DNA of 24,000 bases from Streptomycetaceae bacterium (GCA_019243445.1 JAFAUH010000302.1:1-24000); one strand, 5' to 3'. Shown: positions 1 to 8,581, counted from the first letter of the stretch. Translations and numbers: made by a program. Notes: generated by a model not told the origin, from the sequence alone.

Positions 1-168
1 GCGCCCACCGCCGGCCGGCTGCGGGGTCGGCTCGATACCGCACTCGTAGGCGTCCAACTTGGCCCGGTTGTACCGCTTCGGACCAGTGAGCGAAGCCATG
101 ACCACGGAGAAGACCGCGAACCCCGCGGCAAGGCCTCCGAGCACGAGGATGGGCGCGTAAGCGTTCAC
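1..168 (-). CDS. nuoA: NADH-quinone oxidoreductase subunit A, N-terminal part (gene continues past the left edge)
   Basis: Hand translation of the reverse strand from GTG at 168-166 gives MNAYAPILVLGGLAAGFAVFSVVMASLTGPKRYNRAKLDAYECGIEPTPQPAGGGR. This has the TM helix plus YECG motif typical of NuoA. GGAGG lies a few nt upstream (revcomp of 171-180). Not in the supplied ORF track because it is truncated. Confidence 0.8.
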   Translation of the reverse strand, partial: MNAYAPILVLGGLAAGFAVFSVVMASLTGPKRYNRAKLDAYECGIEPTPQPAGGGR

Positions 169-419
169 CGTCCTCCGCTCCTTCCAGTCGGCGTTGACTG
201 ACATGACGGACCGAGCACGGACCCATGCCCCTGCCCACAGCACGAAGTTCACCAAATGCGCAAAGCGGACCAAGCGCACCGATGATCGCGCTCATGTGAG
301 GCAGTTCACAAGCCCGAACCGCCTGCATCCTATGCCTCCACCCATGTGATCTGCGACACGGGATACAGCAACAACTCTGTGATCTCCACCACCTGATGAA
401 TGATCATGAAGTCAGACGA

Positions 420-650
420 GGCCAATCATCTCACATAGCGCCCCCAAACGATCACCTACGGTCACTTTTTGTCCAACTTCCACCGGTTGGGAGGACTGGC
501 TCTCTATCAAGTCGGGGGCAGACTTACAAAATTGGCCATGGACAGCGATCACATGGTAGAGGCTCGGCCATCCATCCGAGTGAATCGCAACTCGCCGGAC
601 TGACCCGCGTGAACGCGCGCACAAGGGGACGGAACAGCCGCCCTCGCTAG
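420..650 (+). promoter_or_regulatory. Candidate ydaO/c-di-AMP-type riboswitch leader upstream of the NlpC/P60 gene
   Basis: Long untranslated leader. Four elements resembling ydaO-class conserved blocks occur in the expected order: GCCAAUCAUC (about 421), UGGGAGGACUGG (about 488), CCGAGUGAAUCGC (about 577) and GCCGGACUGACCCGCGUGAACGCG (about 593-616). Local hairpins are CCATG...CATGG (536-556) and CGCG-UGAA-CGCG. Actinobacterial ydaO elements are known to precede cell-wall hydrolase genes. The match is by eye only. Confidence 0.35.
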
Positions 651-809
651 CCTGTTCATCGTTTCACCACAAGATCAAGCTTGGACATTCCGCCCAGGTC
701 CATGGCAACTGTGGTGAAGGTTACGTTTTTTGTAAGCACCTACGATTTACTGATAGCCATATTTGCCATGTCCCTCACGGAGAACCAGATCGCAACGCTC
801 GAACCCCGC

Positions 810-1628
810 ATGCGCAGCCGTCGGCACGCCCGACATACGCGCTCAAAATGGGCAAAGGGTACCGGAGTTGTCGGCGGAGTCCTCTCCATCGCCGCGCTGA
901 CCGCGGCAGCCTCCCCCGCCTCAACGGAGAGCACAGACCGGCAGCCCACCAACAACGAAGTCACCCAGACGCTCGACCTGTCCAAGCTGCGGGCCGCCAA
1001 CGCGACCGCCCAAGCGGCCGTCAACTATGAGCTGCTGGCTGACCAACACCAGGCTTTCACCGAGGCCATCAAGGCCGCGCAGCTGCAGAAAGCCGCCGAC
1101 GAGGCGCACGAGGCAGCTGAGAAGGCCGCGAGAGAGCGCGCAGCCGCCACAGAGACCACCGCGGAGAGCACCGCGGAGACCACCGTCAAGCAGACACCCC
1201 AACAGACCTATTCGAGCGCGTCTTCGACTTCCTCCGCCGCCTCGAGTTTTGTGCCGTCGGCGTCCTCGGAGAGCGGTTCTCTCTCGAAGGTCATCAGCTT
1301 CCTCGAGGCCCAGATCGGCAAGGCGTACGTCTTCGGCGCGACCGGTGACAACGCGTACGACTGCTCCGGCCTGACGCGAGCCGCGTTCAAGACGATCGGC
1401 GTCGACCTGCCGCGCACCTCAGAACAGCAGTCCGAAGTCGGCACCGCCGTCTCACTCAGCAACCTCAAGATCGGCGACCTGCTCTTCTGGGGCGGCAAGG
1501 GCAGCGCTTACCACGTGGCCGTCTACGTCGGCAACGACGAGTTCATCGGCGCACAGAACCCGACTACAGGCATCGTCCGCAAGCCGCTGAGCTACTCCGA
1601 ACCGGACTTCGCCGTCCGCGTCGTCTGA
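810..1628 (+). CDS. Secreted NlpC/P60-family peptidoglycan endopeptidase
   Basis: C-terminal domain GKAYVFGATGDNAYDCSGLTRAAF...GDLLFWGGKGSAYHVAVYVG carries the NlpC/P60 catalytic Cys and His context. The N-terminus MRSRRHARHTRSKWAKGTGVVGGVLSIAALTAAASPA looks like a signal or anchor. An Ala/Glu-rich coiled linker follows. The ORF is open from 681. ATG at 810 (or 768) is preferred because it places the signal-like segment at the N-terminus. Confidence 0.85.
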   Translation: MRSRRHARHTRSKWAKGTGVVGGVLSIAALTAAASPASTESTDRQPTNNEVTQTLDLSKLRAANATAQAAVNYELLADQHQAFTEAIKAAQLQKAADEAHEAAEKAARERAAATETTAESTAETTVKQTPQQTYSSASSTSSAASSFVPSASSESGSLSKVISFLEAQIGKAYVFGATGDNAYDCSGLTRAAFKTIGVDLPRTSEQQSEVGTAVSLSNLKIGDLLFWGGKGSAYHVAVYVGNDEFIGAQNPTTGIVRKPLSYSEPDFAVRVV

Positions 1629-1670
1629 TCACCGACTCGGGACACTCTTCGCAATTCCGTCAAATGCGGT

Positions 1671-1707
1671 GAAGGGCTGTCAGCCCTGCCCGGGTTGACA
1701 GCCCTTC
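1671..1707. terminator. Bidirectional hairpin terminator between convergent genes
   Basis: Perfect 12-bp inverted repeat gaagggctgtca (1671-1682) / tgacagcccttc (1696-1707) with a 13-nt loop. It lies between the stop at 1628 (+) and the stop at 1748 (-). Confidence 0.7.
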
Positions 1708-1747
1708 GCTTCTTCGTTTCTTCACCTCTTCGTTCCTTCGCCGCTTT

Positions 1748-2437
1748 TCAGCCCTTCTGCACCGGGCCGATGGCCAGCGGGTGGATACTCAGACCTGCGC
1801 AGTGCTGGGTCTTCCAGGGCAGGAACAGCGCCGTCTTCTGGTTCGGCGGGTAGATGCGCAGCCCCTGGGCCGGCGAGAGATCGCACTGCTGCGGCGAATA
1901 GCCCGAAATGCCGTTGCTGTCATGGAGCGTGGCGCTCGCCGTGCCGCCCGGATGGAGGGTGACGGTAGTGACGCTGCCGTCGGTCCGCACCGCCGCATTC
2001 CCCGACTGCACGCCACCGGTGCCGACGTACGAGACACCCGGATACCCGGTGAGCGTGCATGTCGCCCCCGAGACATTGGTGAAGACCAGCGTGGAGTAGT
2101 ACTGCCCCGCGCCCACACTCGGGTTCTCCTGGGCCACCTTCAGCTGGCTCGATGCGCACGCTGCGATACCCGGCCCGGAGTGCCCCCGGTCGGCCGTCGT
2201 GCCAGAGCTGACAGCGCCCGAAGCCCCCGAGGATGTCGTGGAGGTGGTGGTGGCGCTCGACATCCCCGCGCCGTCTACACCTGACGACGAGGACGCCCCA
2301 CTGGATGAACCAGATGAACCAGATGAACCAGATGAACCTGACGACGAACAAGCCGCCAGCGCAAGCATCACCGCGGCGAGCACGGTGACGTGAGGCGCTG
2401 CGGAGCGCAGCCTCCGATTGCTGGTCATGGAGCGCAT
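1748..2437 (-). CDS. Lipoprotein with Ser/Gly/Thr-rich linker and DUF4232-like C-terminal domain
   Basis: Signal peptide with lipobox (VMLALAAC). Low-complexity SSGSSGSSG.../TTTSTTSS linker. The C-terminal domain has paired cysteines (CASSQL...CTLTGYPGVSYV...QQCDL...HCAG), typical of actinobacterial DUF4232 proteins as I recall them. Confidence 0.75.
   Translation of the reverse strand: MRSMTSNRRLRSAAPHVTVLAAVMLALAACSSSGSSGSSGSSGSSSGASSSSGVDGAGMSSATTTSTTSSGASGAVSSGTTADRGHSGPGIAACASSQLKVAQENPSVGAGQYYSTLVFTNVSGATCTLTGYPGVSYVGTGGVQSGNAAVRTDGSVTTVTLHPGGTASATLHDSNGISGYSPQQCDLSPAQGLRIYPPNQKTALFLPWKTQHCAGLSIHPLAIGPVQKG
2304..2339. repeat. 9-bp tandem repeat x4 (gatgaacca) inside the lipoprotein linker
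   Basis: Units at 2304-2312, 2313-2321, 2322-2330 and 2331-2339 (the last has one mismatch). It encodes the (SSG)n tract on the minus strand. Confidence 0.9.
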
Positions 2438-2607
2438 CAGTCATTCCCCTCTGAAACGGTCTAGCCCCCTCTAAAACGGGCTGGTCCCCTTTTACCACCA
2501 TGCCCGGACAGACGTGCGATGGCTACTCCAGTACCACCCCAGTTACCTGGTTGCAGCAAAATCCGACCGACATCGGAATACTCGCTCCCCAAGTCCCAAG
2601 CCTCAGT

Positions 2608-2663
2608 TCCCAGGTCACAGCTCCCAGGTCACAGCTCCCAGGTCACAGGTCACAGCTCCCAGA
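2608..2663. repeat. Intergenic 14-bp tandem repeat (tcccaggtcacagc), about 3.5 units
   Basis: Perfect units at 2608-2621 and 2622-2635. Truncated or variant units at 2636-2648, 2649-2656 and 2657-2663. It lies 3' of the reductase stop (2706) and 170-225 bp upstream of the lipoprotein start (2437). Confidence 0.9.
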
Positions 2664-2705
2664 TCGTTAACGCGCAGGCGGTCGCTCGGGCGCTTGCCCT
2701 CACGC

Positions 2706-3998
2706 TCAGGACTTCGGTGCGACCTTGGTGAGCACGTTGATGATGCGGTCCATGGCGTCACCGTCCGTCGGATCCGTCAGATTCGCCAGCAGCTTCAGCG
2801 CGAATTTCGTCAGCCCTGGGTGCGTCAGACCGCGCTGTGCAGCTATCTTCATGATCGTCGGATTGCTGATCACCTTCACAAAGGCACGCCCGAGCGTGTA
2901 ATAGCCGCCGTAGGTCTCCTTGAGGATGCGCGGGTACGAGCGCAGGACGAGCTCCCGCTGAGCGGTCGTAGCCCGGGCGTGCGCCTGCACGATGACCTCG
3001 GCGGCGATCCGACCCGACTCCATCGCGTACGCGATGCCCTCCCCATTGAACGGGTTGACGAGCCCGCCCGCGTCACCGACCAGCAACAGACCGCGCGTGT
3101 AGTGCGGCTGACGGTTGAAGGCCATCGGCAGCGCCGCGCCACGGATCGGCCCGGTCATGTTCTCCGGGGTGTAGCCCCAATCCTCCGGCATCGAGGCGCA
3201 CCACGCCTTGAGGATCTCGCGCCAGTCGAGGTCCTTGAAGGCAGGAGAGGTGTTGAGGACGCCGAGCCCGACGTTGGACGTGCCATCGCCCATACCGAAG
3301 ATCCAGCCGTAGCCTGGCAGCATGCGGTCTTGGTCGCCGCGTCGGTCCCACAGCTCCAGCCACGACTCCAGGTAGTCGTCGTCGTGGCGCGGCGAGGTGA
3401 AGTACGTGCGGACGGCGACACCCATCGGCCGGTCCTCGCGACGGTGCAACCCCATGGCAAGCGACAGGCGCGTGGAATTGCCGTCGGCGGCCACGACGAG
3501 CGGGGCGTGAAAGGTGGCCGGGCTCTTCTCCTCGCCCAGCTTCGCCTCGACGCCGGTGATCCGACCGGTACGCGGGTCAGTGAGGGGGGCGGAGACATTG
3601 CACCTCTCATACAGCCGCGCGCCGGCCTTCTCGGCGTTGCGGGCGAGCTGCTGGTCAAAGTCGTCGCGCTTGCGCACCAGTCCGTAATCCGGGTAAGAGG
3701 CGAGATCCGGCCAGTCGAGCTGGAGCCGGACGCCGCCGCCGATGAGGCGCAGCCCCTTGTTGCGCAGCCAACCGGCCTCTTCCGAGATGTCGATGCCCAT
3801 GCCGACGAGTTCCTTGACGGCTCTCGGCGTCAGGCCGTCGCCGCACACCTTCTCGCGCGGGAAAGCCGTCTTCTCCAGAAGCAGGACGTCGAGCCCGGAC
3901 TTGGCAAGGTAGTACGCAGTGGCCGAGCCGGCGGGACCGGCCCCGACCACGATCACATCGGCGCTGTGCTCGGAGCAGGTTGCGGCGGTGTCGGTCAC
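2706..3998 (-). CDS. FAD-dependent geranylgeranyl reductase family protein (MenJ-like menaquinone side-chain reductase candidate)
   Basis: N-terminal Rossmann motif DVIVVGAGPAGSATAYYLAKSGLDVLLLEK and the CGDGLTPRA motif of the geranylgeranyl reductase family. GTG start has AAGGAGG 5 nt upstream (revcomp of 3999-4010). It sits next to menG/ubiE, as menJ does in mycobacteria. Confidence 0.85.
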   Translation of the reverse strand: MTDTAATCSEHSADVIVVGAGPAGSATAYYLAKSGLDVLLLEKTAFPREKVCGDGLTPRAVKELVGMGIDISEEAGWLRNKGLRLIGGGVRLQLDWPDLASYPDYGLVRKRDDFDQQLARNAEKAGARLYERCNVSAPLTDPRTGRITGVEAKLGEEKSPATFHAPLVVAADGNSTRLSLAMGLHRREDRPMGVAVRTYFTSPRHDDDYLESWLELWDRRGDQDRMLPGYGWIFGMGDGTSNVGLGVLNTSPAFKDLDWREILKAWCASMPEDWGYTPENMTGPIRGAALPMAFNRQPHYTRGLLLVGDAGGLVNPFNGEGIAYAMESGRIAAEVIVQAHARATTAQRELVLRSYPRILKETYGGYYTLGRAFVKVISNPTIMKIAAQRGLTHPGLTKFALKLLANLTDPTDGDAMDRIINVLTKVAPKS

Positions 3999-4139
3999 GG
4001 TGCCTCCTTGTTCGCCTCCGCCCGCGGTGGGCTCTCTCGGGGCGTCAGGCGGGATGCTGGCGAGGGCAGATGCTGTTCTTCTGCTGATGTCTTCTGCTGA
4101 TGCTGAGTACGGTCGAGTCTATGGGCAAGGCCCGCTCGT

Positions 4140-4841
4140 TCAGCGGTGGATGCCCCGATGAAGTGCGACGACGCCGCCGGTCAGGTTGCGCCAAGCGACA
4201 CTCGACCAGCCCGCCTGCTGCATACGGGTGGCGAGGCCGGGCTGATCGGGCCAGGCACGAATGGACTCTGCGAGGTAGACATACGCATCGGGGTTGCTGC
4301 TCACGGCTGTGGCCACCGGCGGCAGCGCACGCATCAGGTATTCGGTGTAGAGGGTGCGGAACAGCTGCCACGTCGGGTGGCTGAATTCGCAGATCACGAT
4401 CCGGCCACCGAGCCGCGTCACCCGCAGCATCTCGGCGAGCGCGGCGCCGGTGTCGCGGACATTGCGCAGACCGAAGGAGATGGTGACGGCGTCAAAGGCG
4501 CCATCCGTGAACGGCAGCTTCATCGCATCGCCCGCGGTCAGCGACAGCCCCGGGTGCCGCTTCTTGCCCTCGCGCAGCATGCCGAGCGAGAAGTCACACG
4601 GCACGACGTGGGCGCCCGCTGCCGCGAAGGGGAGGGAAGATGTGCCCGTACCGGCAGCAAGATCGAGCACCCGCTCGCCGGGGCGTGCGCCGACGGCGGC
4701 GGCGACCGCCTTGCGCCACAGCCGCGCCTGGCCCAGTGACAACACGTCATTGGTCAGGTCGTAGCGGGCCGCGACGCCATCGAACATCGCGGCGACTTCA
4801 GACGGCTGCTTCTCCATGGAGGCTCGGGTCACGGTTCTCAT
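4140..4841 (-). CDS. menG: Demethylmenaquinone methyltransferase (UbiE/MenG family)
   Basis: [25 protein letters not shown] followed by the SAM motif [12 protein letters not shown] and ISFGLRNV, classic UbiE/MenG signatures. The start could instead be GTG at 4832 (VTRAS...). Confidence 0.9.
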   Translation of the reverse strand: MRTVTRASMEKQPSEVAAMFDGVAARYDLTNDVLSLGQARLWRKAVAAAVGARPGERVLDLAAGTGTSSLPFAAAGAHVVPCDFSLGMLREGKKRHPGLSLTAGDAMKLPFTDGAFDAVTISFGLRNVRDTGAALAEMLRVTRLGGRIVICEFSHPTWQLFRTLYTEYLMRALPPVATAVSSNPDAYVYLAESIRAWPDQPGLATRMQQAGWSSVAWRNLTGGVVALHRGIHR

Positions 4842-4926
4842 TCTTCACATCCGCGGCGCGCGGCCACGCGCAGGGGGCCACGCGCAGGAGGTCATGCGCA
4901 GGAGGTCATACAGCTTGCGGGGTGGC

Positions 4927-6126
4927 TCACTCCGCATCGATGAGCTTGAGCTCGGGGTGGGCGGTTCCGCCCTCAATCGCGGTCGAGGACAGGTGCGACA
5001 CGACGTGCTTGTCGACCGGGTCGTTGGCGGGGTCGTCGTGCACGACCAAATGTTCGTAGGTGGTCGTGCGCTGCGCCGGCACTCGCTCCGCCGTACGGAT
5101 CAAATGGATCAGCTCCATCAGGTTGGAGCGGTGCTTGGCGCCGGCCGAGGAGACCACGTTCTCCTCCAGCATCACCGACCCGAGGTCATCGGCCCCGTAG
5201 TGCAGCGACAGCTGTCCGGCCTCTTTGCCGACGGTGAGCCAGGAGCCTTGGATATGCGCCACGTTGTCGAGGAAGATCCGAGCAATCGCGATCATTCGCA
5301 AGTATTCGAAGATCGTCGCTTGCGTTTGGCCGCGCAGATGATTGTTTTCCGGCTGATAGGTGTACGGGATGAACGCACGAAAGCCGCCTGTGCGGTCCTG
5401 CACATCTCGGATCATCCGAAGATGTTCGATTCTCTCGGCATTGGTCTCACCCGTGCCCATCAGCATCGTCGACGTCGATTCCACCCCGAGCCGGTGCGCC
5501 ATCTCCATGATCTCCAGCCATCGCTCGCCGGACTCCTTCAGCGGCGCGATCGCCTTGCGCGGCCGCTCCGGCAGCAGCTCGGCGCCCGCGCCTGCGAACG
5601 AGTCGAGACCTGCGGCATGAATGCGCCGGATCGCCTCCTCGACGCTCACTCCCGAAACCTTCGCCATGTGCTCTACCTCGGACGCCCCGAGCGAGTGGAT
5701 CACCAGCTGCGGGAATTGCTTCTTGATCGCAGCGAAATGCTTCTCGTAGTACTCGACCCCGAAGTCCGGGTGGTGACCGCCCTGGAACATGATCTGCGTA
5801 CCGCCGAGCTGTACCGTCTCGGCGCAACGGCGCAGGATGTCGTCGAGATCGCGGGTCCAGCCCTTGTCGCTTTTCGGCGGTGCGTAGAAGGCACAGAACT
5901 TACACGCCGTCACGCACACATTGGTGTAGTTGATGTTGCGCTCAATGATGTACGTGGCGATGTGCTCGATGCCCGCGTAACGGCGGCGGCGGATCGCATC
6001 GGCCGCCTGTCCGAGCGCGTGCAGCGGCGCGTTCCGGTACAGCTCGAGCGCTTCCTCCGGCGTGACCCGCTCCCCTGCAACGGCATGGTCGAGTACGGAC
6101 TGCAGGCCGACTTTGGCGGGCACCAC
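4927..6126 (-). CDS. mqnC: Cyclic dehypoxanthinyl futalosine synthase (radical SAM, futalosine pathway)
   Basis: Radical-SAM cluster motif NYTNVCVTACKFCAFY, plus GGTQIMFQGGHHPD and TMLMGTGET blocks typical of MqnC. The ORF is open to 6318. GTG at 6126 (or 6123) is preceded by AAGGA and gives 399 aa. The upstream extension is Arg-rich and lacks any recognisable domain signature, so it is not called. Confidence 0.85.
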   Translation of the reverse strand: MVPAKVGLQSVLDHAVAGERVTPEEALELYRNAPLHALGQAADAIRRRRYAGIEHIATYIIERNINYTNVCVTACKFCAFYAPPKSDKGWTRDLDDILRRCAETVQLGGTQIMFQGGHHPDFGVEYYEKHFAAIKKQFPQLVIHSLGASEVEHMAKVSGVSVEEAIRRIHAAGLDSFAGAGAELLPERPRKAIAPLKESGERWLEIMEMAHRLGVESTSTMLMGTGETNAERIEHLRMIRDVQDRTGGFRAFIPYTYQPENNHLRGQTQATIFEYLRMIAIARIFLDNVAHIQGSWLTVGKEAGQLSLHYGADDLGSVMLEENVVSSAGAKHRSNLMELIHLIRTAERVPAQRTTTYEHLVVHDDPANDPVDKHVVSHLSSTAIEGGTAHPELKLIDAE

Positions 6127-6295
6127 GGCGTCCTTTCGGGAGGGGCAGGCGGCGGACGTGCCCAGACTACGCCAGGCAATTCGTGAGCGACGCATGCGAG
6201 CAAGCGGAGTGGCCGGCCGCAGCGCCGCCGTTCGAGGTGCGCGCCTCCGGCACGACAGGCCGTCCGCAAAGCGCGAGAGCAGACGGAGAAGCGAA

Positions 6296-6340
6296 CAAAA
6301 AACCCACGAGCGACGCACGTCGGACGCTGTCGCTTCGTGG
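6296..6340 (-). terminator. Intrinsic terminator of the toxin/immunity/NTPase operon
   Basis: On the minus strand, immediately after the TGA at 6343-6341: CCACGAAGCGAC...GUCGCUCGUGG stem (one bulged A) followed by GUUUUUUG. Confidence 0.8.
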
Positions 6341-8581
6341 TCACCGCAGGATGCGCTGATCGTACTGCCAGCCGGTGATGCCCTCGTTCCCCGCGGCGAT
6401 CAGCATCCCGTCCCGGGTGAGGGCCAGCGCTGAGACGTCGTGGTGGGGATAGATGGTGATGCGATTGCCCAACCCCGGCCGCAGCAGATGGACGACGCGA
6501 TCGGCCCATGCCACAGCCATCACGGGGCCCGTAGCCGTCTCGGTGAGGGCCAGTGCCTTGGGCACCGACTCGCGGCGCGTCAGCGGCCTCGGCAACGGGG
6601 CACGGTCGCAATCCCACAACCGAATGGTTCCGTCGGTGGCTGCGGCGACGACCATCGTCACGCCGTTCCCGACACGCAGACAGCACACACCGGTGAGCGG
6701 CGCATCCGCAAGCCGCTCGACCCTGCTGAACGGGGCCTGGCCGAGAGCAGATCGGTCGAGAGCAGACTGGCTGAAAGCAAACAGGTGGGCGTTGCCCGTC
6801 ATATCCCCCACCACCAGGAGTCCGGCCTGCGGATCGCTGCCCACGCAGGTGGCGTTCACCCGGTCCGCCGGATCGACCGCATTGAACGGCGCCAGGATGT
6901 CCGCAGTCTGCGGCTGCTCTGCGCCACCGACCAGGTGGAGTACGCCGTCGTCACCGAGTACGACAATTCCGCCGTCCGCGAGTGGGGAAATGCCAGTGGC
7001 ACCGTTGGCCGGGGTGTTCACAGCTCGTCCGGAGATGGTCCCGTCGGCAGCGTTGATGATGTGGAGCTGACCTATCGGATCAGCTGCGATTACCTGAGTG
7101 GGGTGTGGTGTTGACGACGTCCCCGGGCTCAATGCGCCGATCGCACCCGGCCAATGCGCATCCGTCCCGCCGTTGTTCGGTATGAGTGAGGTGTGACGTA
7201 GGAAGGACCAGCGTGCGACAGCTGAGGCCTTCTCTGCCATAGGTGCGAGGAGTTCAGCCAGTCGCGGTGCGCTGGACAATGCGACCGCATGCAGCACGGA
7301 GGCACGTTTCTCCGCGTCGGGCAGTCCGCGATCGAGGATGGGCGCGGCCGGGTACCAGGTTGACCGCAGCGTCGGCGGAGTCTTCACCTTCGGATCGTCG
7401 AGGGCTTGGGTGATGGCAGCGGGGGATCCGTGGATGAGAAAGCCCGGATCGCTCATCAGGTGACTCAGGGAACGAGCATCCGGTGCGTGTCCGATGATGT
7501 GATCCAGTACATAGCGTGGGGCGTGCTCCCAGTCGAGCTGGCCTCTCGTGCTTTTGGGCACCAGGTCGAGAAGTGATGCGAAGAGCACCTGTGGAGTCGA
7601 GTGTTCATCAATCGCCTCGCTCTCCCGCCGTGCAATTTGGATCAGCTGAGGGAGCGGCAGCTTGAATTCCTGTACCTGTGGGGCAAGTTGCGCAGCGGCG
7701 GCGTCCACGGCGGCCCTGGCCGCGGCCTCGGAATCGGACGGGTGCAGTCCAGCGTGCAGCAGCCGCCATGTGGCGATGCCCATCTCCCCACGTGCCCATG
7801 CCAATGTCCGCAACGCGCTTCGCGCAGCTGGTTCCAGGCGACTCCACCACGCCGCGCAGATACTTGTGCGCGTATCTGGGCGCGTATCTGGGCGCGCGAT
7901 GCCTTGATCACTGGTGAGCCCTGCTGCGAGCCGCCCCAGAACGGGATGCGGGAAGACCTCTGCCGCGGGGACGGTGGGGCTGCCTCCCGTCAAGCGCGTA
8001 TACCAGGCGGCGTACTCCTCCTCGTCGGTCATCGCTGGATCGTCGAGGTCGATCGTCCGTACGGGGAAGTCGAAGCCGCTGCTGGTGAGGTCGCGTACCT
8101 CCGCAATCACGCGGACCCACGGCAGCGCCAGAAGTGGTTCCAGCACTTCGGTCACCAACAGGGAGCCAGGCCATCGGCCTCGAGTGCTCACCTGGTGCAG
8201 ATCTGGTATCGCGATCAGCAACGGGCGTTTGTCAGCCGTGACATGGATGATCAGATCGGACACTGATGCTGGGCCGTAGCCCAGTTGAAATGACAGCTCC
8301 CATACCAGCGGCGCCAGCGAAGCACCGGCCGCAGGAACCAGTGCGTTGACCTGGTCCGCCGCGTGTCCGGTCGCATGTCCGGAGGTGTGTCCGGCCGCGT
8401 GTCCGGTCGCGCCGCATGCGAACCAGGCGATGAGATGGCTCTTCCCCATCCCTGCCGAACCACCGACCAGGCATACCCGTTCCGCATCGGTGTCCGCTGC
8501 CCACTCAAGCAGCGCCCAGCCCGCCGGGGCACGGCCTGCCTCCAGCGGTGGCCGGTCGTCGGCGGGCAACGCGTTGTTCAC
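6341..8581 (-). CDS. STAND-type P-loop NTPase with C-terminal WD40-like beta-propeller
   Basis: Walker A is VCLVGGSAGMGKSHL and a Walker-B-like strand is RPLLIAIPDLH. A long helical middle region follows. The C-terminal third has repeated strand blades (QLHIINAADGTISG, GIVVLGDDGVLHLVG, LLVVGDMTGNAHLF, MVVAAATDGTIRLWD, VMAVAWADRVVHLL, MLIAAGNEGITGWQY). GTG start with GGAGGAG upstream. Confidence 0.75.
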   Translation of the reverse strand: MNNALPADDRPPLEAGRAPAGWALLEWAADTDAERVCLVGGSAGMGKSHLIAWFACGATGHAAGHTSGHATGHAADQVNALVPAAGASLAPLVWELSFQLGYGPASVSDLIIHVTADKRPLLIAIPDLHQVSTRGRWPGSLLVTEVLEPLLALPWVRVIAEVRDLTSSGFDFPVRTIDLDDPAMTDEEEYAAWYTRLTGGSPTVPAAEVFPHPVLGRLAAGLTSDQGIARPDTRPDTRTSICAAWWSRLEPAARSALRTLAWARGEMGIATWRLLHAGLHPSDSEAAARAAVDAAAAQLAPQVQEFKLPLPQLIQIARRESEAIDEHSTPQVLFASLLDLVPKSTRGQLDWEHAPRYVLDHIIGHAPDARSLSHLMSDPGFLIHGSPAAITQALDDPKVKTPPTLRSTWYPAAPILDRGLPDAEKRASVLHAVALSSAPRLAELLAPMAEKASAVARWSFLRHTSLIPNNGGTDAHWPGAIGALSPGTSSTPHPTQVIAADPIGQLHIINAADGTISGRAVNTPANGATGISPLADGGIVVLGDDGVLHLVGGAEQPQTADILAPFNAVDPADRVNATCVGSDPQAGLLVVGDMTGNAHLFAFSQSALDRSALGQAPFSRVERLADAPLTGVCCLRVGNGVTMVVAAATDGTIRLWDCDRAPLPRPLTRRESVPKALALTETATGPVMAVAWADRVVHLLRPGLGNRITIYPHHDVSALALTRDGMLIAAGNEGITGWQYDQRILR

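Noticed and set aside
396-650. 84-aa plus-strand ORF and 70-aa minus-strand ORF in the nuoA/hydrolase spacer.
   Set aside because: Neither has an RBS or coding-like composition. The region is better explained as a structured 5' leader and divergent promoter region.
2608-2663. Tandem repeats (here and at 23621-23710) as possible CRISPR arrays.
   Set aside because: The units are 14-15 bp and directly abutting, with no unique spacers, and no cas genes are present. They are simple tandem repeats.
2514-4100. 528-aa plus-strand ORF. The same class includes 4816-6186 (+), 14262-16988 (-), 21730-23157 (+), 12595-13737 (-), 18147-19121 (-), 10084-11058 (+), 20006-20770 (-) and 5910-6686 (-).
   Set aside because: These are antisense shadow ORFs, typical of high-GC DNA. 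Their products are Arg/Gly/Pro/His-rich and have no recognisable motifs. The opposite strand in each case encodes a protein with clear conserved signatures (reductase, MqnC, EssC-like, MqnE, kinase, MqnA and others).
6127-6318. Upstream extension of mqnC (ORF open to 6318). Analogous extensions exist at 681-809 (NlpC/P60) and 22999-23025 (mqnE).
   Set aside because: The extensions are Arg-rich or hydrophobic and lack any recognisable domain signature or RBS. The internal starts have Shine-Dalgarno sequences and give protein lengths and N-termini that match what I recall for Streptomyces orthologues.
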